Positions 55,896 through 64,000 of a stretch of 64,000 nt of DNA are shown here, piece after piece; the first letter of the stretch is position 1, and each line of letters starts with the position of its first letter. Under the pieces are notes generated by a model. It saw only the letters and a program-made list of their open reading frames with translations. It made no database searches and was not told the DNA's origin. The stretch covers positions 42,842,001-42,906,000 of the forward strand of contig OX597815.1 of assembly GCA_951406725.2 (NCBI GenBank), written 5' to 3'. Source of the stretch: Octopus vulgaris (taxonomy: Eukaryota). A program made the translations under genes and the position numbers.

Positions 55896-57012
55896 TATAT
55901 CTGTTCAATAGATTGCTTTAAAATGATGTTTACAAATTTCTGTTGTTCTAGGAATGTCGATTTACCCAGTTCTTGCATCCAAGCAATTCAGAAGATAGTT
56001 CAAATTGAGATTTATAAAATGCGTCAAAACAAACAACTGCAGCTTCTACAATGAAATGTTACTCTTTCGTTTTTGTTGTTTTCAAAATATTGCTTTTTTA
56101 TTTTTACTGAATACAGTTCTGATCAGTTAACTTTTCTCGGCATCTATTTTAGTGCTTCTGCGTATATAATGCTCGTTTGTTTTTTCCTAAAGGAGCTTAA
56201 AAGAAAACAAGAATAAGAAAAACGATAACATCACATAGCCTGTTACCTTCTCCGCGAAAAATATCTACATACCTGTTCTCGGAAAGTTATATCTTCTTTT
56301 AATTATATTTTGCTAATATATATTTTTTGTTGTATTTTTAATCATGTGTTCATATTTCATAAGGAACTTCAAGTTAAGCAAATTTAACTTCGTATTAAAC
56401 TAGGAATTAGAAAAGCCACAATTATATCTTTCATTTCTGAGACATTTACCTGGATAATTCTTATGGCATATTTTATCATACTGGGAAGCATAAAGAGATT
56501 AAAACACATACTTATACGAAACATAACTCCATTTCCTTCGATTTAATTCTAAAAGTTAATTATTTTCACAACGCGAGAAAATAATTAGTTCTTGATAAAG
56601 CTTTTGGCCATAGAAAACATCTTATTTTATGCAAGTATTTAAATAGGATACTCTGTTTTTTCTGTAATAGAAATGTTAATGGAAAAGAAACCTGTATTAT
56701 CAGTTAGAAGATGAATATTTATAATAGGATTTAAATATAAAGTAAATATTCATAAATCTTTAAAATGTTTTTCAACAGCTAAATGTTTCAGATATCTCCA
56801 TATTTAATTGATAACCAAGCAAAATGTGTAATTTGCTAAATGTTATATGATTTCGGCGGTGAACCTAAAAGTTATTTTTGTTTTTATTTTTCCACAGGAT
56901 AATTAACATAATATTTAGGTTTGTATAACATAATGAAAGGGCGGTAGATAGGCAGAAATCTCAGACTTGTTGACAATTAACTATATTTAAAAGCATTAAT
57001 CTGTGTAATATT

Positions 57013-57450
57013 GAAGGTGCGTGGTGTAGTGGTTAGCGTGTTACACTCTTGATTGTAAAGCTGTGGATTCGATTCTTACTACACCAAGGATATTTTTATC
57101 CGCATGCAAAACTACATAGATACTTGAAGAAACTAGCGAAAACGTAGAAGCAATCTTGCGAGTGAAGGTGCGTGGTGTAGTGGTTAGAGTGTTACACTCG
57201 TTATTGTAAAGCTGTGGATTCGATTCTTACACAAGGCAAAGCTTTGTATCTTTGAGCAATGCACTAAATTACCCATCACTCAAGCTTTACTCTTTTATAA
57301 AGGAGCACACACGTGTGGCTATGCAGCTTTCTCTTCAACCAGCTGTCACATCTTCGATATTCTGCTACACCAAGGTTATTTTTAACTGCACGCGTAACTA
57401 CACAGATACTTGAAGAAACTATCGAAAACGTTGAACAAACTTGCGAGTGA
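57013..57450 (+). mobile_element. Tandem pair of a tRNA-headed SINE (first copy internally deleted)
   Basis: gaaggtgcgtggtgtagtggttag..ggattcgattctta at 57013 and 57165; shared tail ..ttgcgagtga. Confidence 0.75.
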
Positions 57451-57494
57451 CAACCAAGCTTTGTTTCGTCTTTTCTGTATATGACATAAATATA

Positions 57495-58208
57495 CGAGGG
57501 GGTACCCAAAAGAAACTAAATTTTTGCAGTATTATTTTATTCATTTAGTTTTACATGCTTACACATTCATCGCCTTCAAAGTATTCTCCATTTCAAGCAA
57601 TGCATCGGTCCAGGCGCGTTTTCCACTATTCGAAGCAGTGCTGGAACTCTTGTGAGGTGATGCCTTTTAACGCCTCCGTCGTTTTCTTCTTCACCTCTTC
57701 TACATCTGCAAATTTCGTAGCATCAGCTTTCGTCACCTGTGATGACCTTCGAAAAAAAACTGTTCTTTCAGTTCACGACACGCATTAAATCGTGAGGTGT
57801 TTGATCTTCCGTGGTCGCCGGTCGTCCTGAACGAGGTTGGTTTCCAAGCGACAAGAGACCATTCCTAAAGCGTGGAAACCACTCGGAAAAACATGTGTTT
57901 TGCTCATGGCAGTGACCTTGTAAGTTGTTTGAAGCACGACAACTGTTTCGGCCGCCGTTTTCCCCAGCAGAAATCAGAATTTTACGGAAGCATACTGTTC
58001 CTTCGTTTCAGCCATCGCAAAAATCAACGAACTGGGGAGAAACATATAAAACGATGACGCACCACGTGACAGTACGACTTCACCCGACGACGCCAGTCGG
58101 CAGACTGATGCCTTGGGGTCGCTTAAAGTGTCTTCTAGAGGTAGTAGTCTGAACTACAACAGCTTTATACAACAGAGAACGTTTCCAGTTACTTTGGGGG
58201 TACCCTCG
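57495..58208 (-). mobile_element. Internally deleted mariner with both TIRs
   Basis: cgagggggtacccaaa / tttgggggtaccctcg; minus strand encodes W..CIA*NGEYFEG. Confidence 0.85.
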
Positions 58209-58214
58209 AGTCTA

Positions 58215-58595
58215 AATTTTTGACAAAGCCAGCCGGTTTTAAGGGAGGGATATATTGATTGCATCGATCCCAGTACTATCGACCCCAGTACTAGCACTAT
58301 CGACCCTGGAATGGTAAGTCGACTTCGGCGGAATTTCAATTCAGAATGTAAAGACGGACGAAATGCCGCTAAGCATTTCGTCCGGGGTGCTAACTATTCT
58401 GCCAGCTCGTCGCCATATGACGTGAATATATAATTCTTTCTATTATAGGTACAAAGTCTGAGATTTTGCGAGAGGGAGACTGTCGATTACATCGATCCCA
58501 GTGCTCAATTGATACTTATTTCGTCGGCCTCAAAAGGATGAAAGGCAAAGGCGACATCAGCGGAATTTGAACTCAGAACGTAGTGGCTGATGAAA
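58215..58595 (-). mobile_element. Two family B SINEs
   Basis: Cores at ~58320 and ~58545. Confidence 0.8.
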
Positions 58596-59706
58596 TGATT
58601 TGTTTAATCGTGCGGTTGCAAGTGGATACTTCTACTGATGATGCTCAACGAAACAAAAATCTCGGGTCTAGTCATTTCAACGCCGCTGTTGGACACTTTT
58701 CGTCTACTACTGATACGTATCCGTGCTTTTTAGCGCTATACGTCTATACGAGATGCTTTCTCGAAACGAATGCCGCAGTTTTCTACTTTTATTCAATATA
58801 TTCACGTTAAGTAAGATATACAGTATGGTAAATGTTGCTTTGCTCCAAATCTGAGCTTTCGGTAAAAATAATGTTCCGTTGATATTGTTTCTTTTTATTT
58901 TCCATCATTGTCAGTTCTCTGTTAAAATCTTGCAGACATTAATTTTTAAGGCGATTGCACTTTAATCAGATTGGTGCTAGAAGATTATTAGCTTGTATAT
59001 AGAAACTGCTCAATTGTTCTCTAACTGGCTGTAACTAGCTGATATTCTTGTGACAATGTGTTCAGTAAATTATATATACTGTCTATTGAATAGTTTATAA
59101 GTTACTTCCAAGAAAAGGTATTTCGCTCTTGAATAAAATCATATAACTTGGTACTTTAGGTATAACTCAAACACATTCTATTAATACCATTGCTTTCTTT
59201 CGACATATAAACCGGATAAGTTGGTATGATACATATAAGGCCTTTTAAACAAGCCTTTGTGGATCTGATGTAGTTTTATTAGTTGCGATTGCTTCCATTA
59301 GTGTGATAAATAACATTCTTTCTCAAACACATGACTTTCAATCAAGTGTTTAAGAAATTGTTTAAGGCTATACCATTTTTTCAGTTAACTTTTCTTTTAT
59401 CGAGCAACTTCAAACGTTTTGAGAACACACTGGTATTTTGTAAACTAAAACACATGTAAAATTTGCTACTATACTCTTTTTCTCCCTTCAATTATTTGGA
59501 CTGCAGACAACCCAACCCCAGAACACACAATTTTAAGTCTTGTATAATATAGTTTGTTACTTATTCTAGCGATGTCTTTTACTGAAGTGCTAAGTTACAG
59601 GGATGGTTAACACTGGTTTTATGTATATTTGAGTCGTTTTCAAGCAAAAACACGGACATGCATACATTCATACGCACACAGGCACTCATGTATATGCACC
59701 CGTATA

Positions 59707-59741
<35 letters not shown>

Positions 59742-60654
59742 CACGTTTATGTATACGACGGGCTTCTATGCAGTTTCTATCTGTCAAATTCACTCGCAAG
59801 GCATTGATCAGTTTCGTTGTTAAAGTTACAACGTTGTGCATACATTTCTAGTTAGTAACAAACATTTCCTTCATTGCTGATTACCGATGTGACTGGATTT
59901 ATTTTGTATATTTAATTGTAGAAATATATATAGGAAACAGGGATATATTTTACATTTTACCCGACTTCTCATAAGTTTCAGGTGTTTTGATATTGATTTC
60001 AAATTTTGGGGGTAAGGTTATATTAAGGAGAGAAAACTCTACGTCTAAGCTACAACGGGAAAATTTCAACTGTTTAGGTCTGTTTTCAAGGGGTTTAGAG
60101 CCCCAAAAAACTAAACCGAAGCTAAATTCAAATGATAACAGTTAGCGGTCATCAGATAGCGTTAGCTTCCGCTAATTTTTTAACCTGTTTAGCAGATTAG
60201 TTAGTGGAATAGCGGTTAGCGAAGCTATCATTTTGGTTAGCTGTGCCCACCATTGCTTCAGCAATAAGTATATGTAAAAAAAATGACTATTAGCATGTGA
60301 ATTTGAACATTATATCAACAACATCGCAATTAATTTCAAATAATTTATTGGCATTTACAAAGTATAACTTGTGTTGACAGCTTTACGGAATCATGGGCTT
60401 TTAAAATTTTGCCTTAAAGAATAAACCAGGGTTCTTGACTAACTAATCGTATCTGAAAAAAAGAAATATCAGAAAATGCCATGGCGTCTAATGGTAAGAG
60501 TGCTCAAGCAGATTTTATAAAACGGAATTTTCTTTCTTAATAGATTTAATACATCATGAAGGTTCATTCTGAAACGAAAAATAAAATTAAAAAGAACAAG
60601 GAACTAAAATTGAAAAATACCAGGTCTTTTTGTAATTAACTGCATTTCATTTTT

Positions 60655-60742
60655 GAAGTTCTGAGGAAGCTATAAAGTGACGCACAAGCACTCAGTTCTA
60701 ACTACTCTACATCCTGTGGCAGAAACAGCTAGCAGTAACCTA
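60655..60742 (+). ncRNA. Decayed HHR-like motif
   Basis: CUGAGGA a gcuaua...uguggc a GAAA cagcu agc aguaac; cleavage triplet not intact. Confidence 0.35.
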
Positions 60743-61299
60743 TTAAGTTCATTACATATTTTTTTCGGTTCCTTTGTCATTTATTTAATTTCATATTACG
60801 CTCTGTATCTAAAGCATATGTATATTGAGTTCTGACATCAGATTATTAGTATCGCTATGCCTAAGCGAAATATTGATGTGTGTGTGTATGTGTGTGATAT
60901 CAAATATAAAAGTTCAAAGGAAATAATACATAGAATAAAGTAAATCATTCATGTATTTTTCTCTTTTGTTTCTTGTTACCTACAAACTTATTTAAAATAT
61001 ATCAATCACACTAAATACTCACCCACACTTGCACACACGCGAACACCATCCACCCATACATACTTGATCCACCAGTTAACACACATATTTTAAATTTAGC
61101 TCATTTATCATATAGACATTAATACATAATTGATTCTGTCTTTAATTGTCCGTACCAATATAATAATCAAGCAAGCAATATTATTATTACATCATGTAAT
61201 ATTATATTCTGACTGTAACCCCATTCACTCTTGACTGTGGTGGGGATTTTCTCAGAAACATATTTAGTTTGACACTTGCTCCATCTCTTTCATCTTTAA

Positions 61300-61415
61300 T
61301 ATTTAATTCGCCGATCAAGAAAGATGAAAGGCTCTGTCCATCTAGATGCGATTTGAGCCACAAAACTGCAGACTCAGAACTGGCATAGGATATTAACTTC
61401 GCGTAAAAACTGATT
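61300..61415 (-). pseudogene. Possible CR1/L2 RT remnant
   Basis: AKLISYASSESAVLWLKSHL resembles KL..YG......WI.S.L. Confidence 0.4.
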
Positions 61416-62049
61416 TGGCACGTATGTATGTATGTATGTATGTATGTATGTATGTATGTATGTATGTATGTATGTATGTATGTATGTATGTATGTACGTA
61501 CGTACGTATGTATGTATGTATGCATGTATGTATGTATGTATGTATGTATGTATGTATGTATGTATTTATGCACACATACATGTACCTGTGTATGCACGTG
61601 CGTAAGTATGTATGTATGTGTGTATATGTGTATGTATATATGTAAGTATGTAACCCTAACCCTAACCCTAATTGTTACATATTGAACTCCGCATATTTTT
61701 ACTGTTCCACTCAAACATTCTATCCGCAAAATTTAAGTTAGCCGGCTCTTCTTTTGCTTCAAAACCTCACCTTTTCCAGGTTATCGATTAGGTGTCTACT
61801 AACAAAGCAAGTGCACCAGTGATTATTGATATAAATGTTCATTTATAATCAGGTGTGGAAAATCTGAGGGTTTCGATGTAGTTGCCCAAGAATATCATCT
61901 TTGTTGATTTTAGATAAGATAGGTACATCTGAAGGGCAGCTAATCTCTAATCACTTAGTAGAATTTTTTATGTGCATGTACCACACATATTCTTTGTGTT
62001 GATAAATATATATTTAATAACTGAGGTGTTGTTTATAATATTGAGATAC

Positions 62050-62908
62050 AATAGTCGGTTAATATCTCCATGACGTTTCTGGGTAGCTGCTGGTTGTATG
62101 AATTATGTCCTCCATGGAAGGGTGGCATGATTGACATTTGCAGTTGCCTCTCCGGCTTTTAAGATCTTTGCTGTCTCTTCTGCTCATTAGATATTTCGTA
62201 GATATCTTCTGCTCTTGGATTGCAAAAGCGTACCTTTTGAGACGTGATATGACGTAACCGTCAAAAATCTAAGAGAATTCATATTAACATTGGTTTGAAA
62301 TTTTATCGACTCCGAAAGAATGAAAGTCAAAGTCGACTTCGGTGAAATCTGAACTCGATGTAAAGAATGATGAAACGACGCTAAGCATTTCCTCCGGCGT
62401 GCTAACGATTTAGCCACCTCGCCACTTTAATTCATGTTAATATTGTCGTCCTTTCCAGATTTATGGGAGCTATAATCATGCATAATCCTTTTGTATTATG
62501 CAGTGTGCTTCGCTTTCAGTTCTTTGCTGAGATATACCAGCCCTGCAGTTCTAGTTAGGTATAAAAGGTCATCAGAAAGGGAATGTTTCTTGAGGAGTCC
62601 ACTATCTAATTGCAGAATATTAGTAACTTGACGACATTTTAGGACAGATGTGTCGTCATGGTACTACCTCCCTATGCGGCATGATGTTGTTGCTAAACAA
62701 TTTACATTGGCATCCGCAATAAAGACTGTCTTGAAGTAAATTTAGAAAATCCTTCTGTAATGGAATACATTAATAAACACCAACTCAAGGAATACGGGTG
62801 GAATATTCCCATCAAAATGTCTGTCAAATGTAAACATAATAGGCCGGATATTGTTGTTTGGGACAGAGGGAAAAAGGTATGTACCATCACAGTGGTCAGC
62901 TGCCCTTC
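62050..62908. mobile_element. R4/Dong-like LINE fragments in opposite orientations (minus 62050-62600 with nested SINE; plus 62650-62908)
   Basis: Minus: YAFAIQEQKISTKYLM..CKCQSC..EDIIH; plus: YYLPMRHDVVAK..WNIPI..HNRPDIVVWD..VSCP. Confidence 0.85.
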
Positions 62909-62922
62909 ATATATATATATAT

Positions 62923-63121
62923 TCGGTGGAATCTGAACTCGATGTAAAGTATGATGAAATGACGCTAAGCATTTCCTCCGGCGTGCTAACGATTTAGCCA
63001 ACTCGCCACTTTAATTCATGTTAATATTGTCGTCCTTTCCAGATTTATGGGAGCTATAATCATGCATAATCCTTTTATATTATGTAGTGTGCTTCGCTTT
63101 CAGTTCTTTGCTGAGATATAC
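62923..63121 (+). repeat. Direct duplication of 62338-62537
   Basis: Near-identical ~200 bp spanning a SINE/LINE junction. Confidence 0.9.
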
Positions 63122-63186
63122 TATAAAATTGGATTTAATCCTAAATCTAATTTTTCCCTGTAAGTTTGGATTTATTCCCTAATATT

Positions 63187-63218
<32 letters not shown>

Positions 63219-63239
63219 TATATATAGGCGCAGGAGTGG

Positions 63240-63327
<88 letters not shown>

Positions 63328-63329
<2 letters not shown>

Positions 63330-64000
63330 GCGCAGGAGTGGCTGTGTGGTAAGTAGCTTGCTAACCAACCACATGGTTCCGGGTTCAGTCCCCACTGCGT
63401 GGCACCTTGGGCAAGTGTCTTCTGCTATAGCCCCGAGCCGACCAATGCCTTGTGAGTGGATTTGGTAGACGGAAACTGAAAGAAGCCTGTCGTATATATG
63501 TATATATATATATATGTATGTATATGTATGTGTGTGTTTGTGTGTCTGTGTTTGTCCCCCTAGCATTGCTTGACAACCGATGCTGGTGTGATTATGCCCC
63601 CGTCACTTAGCGGTTCGGCAAAAGAGACCGATAGAATAAGTACTGGGCTTACAAAGAATAAGTCCCGGGGTCGATTTGCTGAACCGACTCTTACTCTTTA
63701 CTCTTTTACTTGTTTCAGTCATTTGACTGCGGCCATGCTGGAGCACCACCTTTAGTCGAGCAAATCGACCCCGGGACTTATTCTTTGTAAGCCCAGTACT
63801 TATTCTATCGGTCTCTTTTGCCGAACCGCTAAGTGACGGGGACGTAAACACACCAGCATCGGTTGTCAAGCAATGCTAAGGGCACAAACACAGACACACA
63901 AACATACACACACACACACACACACACATAAATATATATATACATATATACGACAGGCTTCTTTCAGTTTCCGTCTACCAAATCCACTCACAAGGCATTG
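63328..64000. mobile_element. Two near-identical family A SINEs tail-to-tail (plus 63328-63680; minus 63690 to window end)
   Basis: Reverse-complement match over ~230 bp, running off the window end. Confidence 0.9.

Noticed and set aside
57013-57240. tRNA genes
   Set aside because: A/B boxes are present but there is no acceptor stem closure; these are SINE heads
58630-58675. CUGAUGA..GAAAC..GUC hammerhead candidate
   Set aside because: Stem II and stem III do not pair, and stem I is only 3 bp
61651-61670. Telomere-like (CCCTAA)3
   Set aside because: Only three units; too short to call an interstitial telomere

Overview
Eukaryotic, very AT-rich, repeat-saturated window. The SINE families and dense (AAT)n/(TA)n/(CA)n/(TATG)n microsatellites suggest an octopus/cephalopod intronic or intergenic region; this assignment is inference from recalled repeat families, not a search. 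No host gene exon is convincingly supported, and most ORFs in the track are microsatellite translations. Recognisable content: a decayed Gypsy (Mag-like) LTR element lacking RT-RNaseH, a Penelope-like (PLE) RT+GIY-YIG remnant plus several PLE 3' ends, R4/Dong-like RLE LINE fragments, CR1/RTE remnants, mariner, Tigger, hAT and Helitron derivatives, and many tRNA-derived SINEs. The main signal outside the ORF track is a set of type I hammerhead ribozyme (HHR) motifs in PLE terminal repeats. These include a near-perfect 378-bp palindrome with an intact HHR on each strand (34787-35164) and an inverted pair in which one copy lacks the catalytic core (38927-39439). Short local templated insertions and recent local duplications are also visible. 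All folds and alignments were done by eye.
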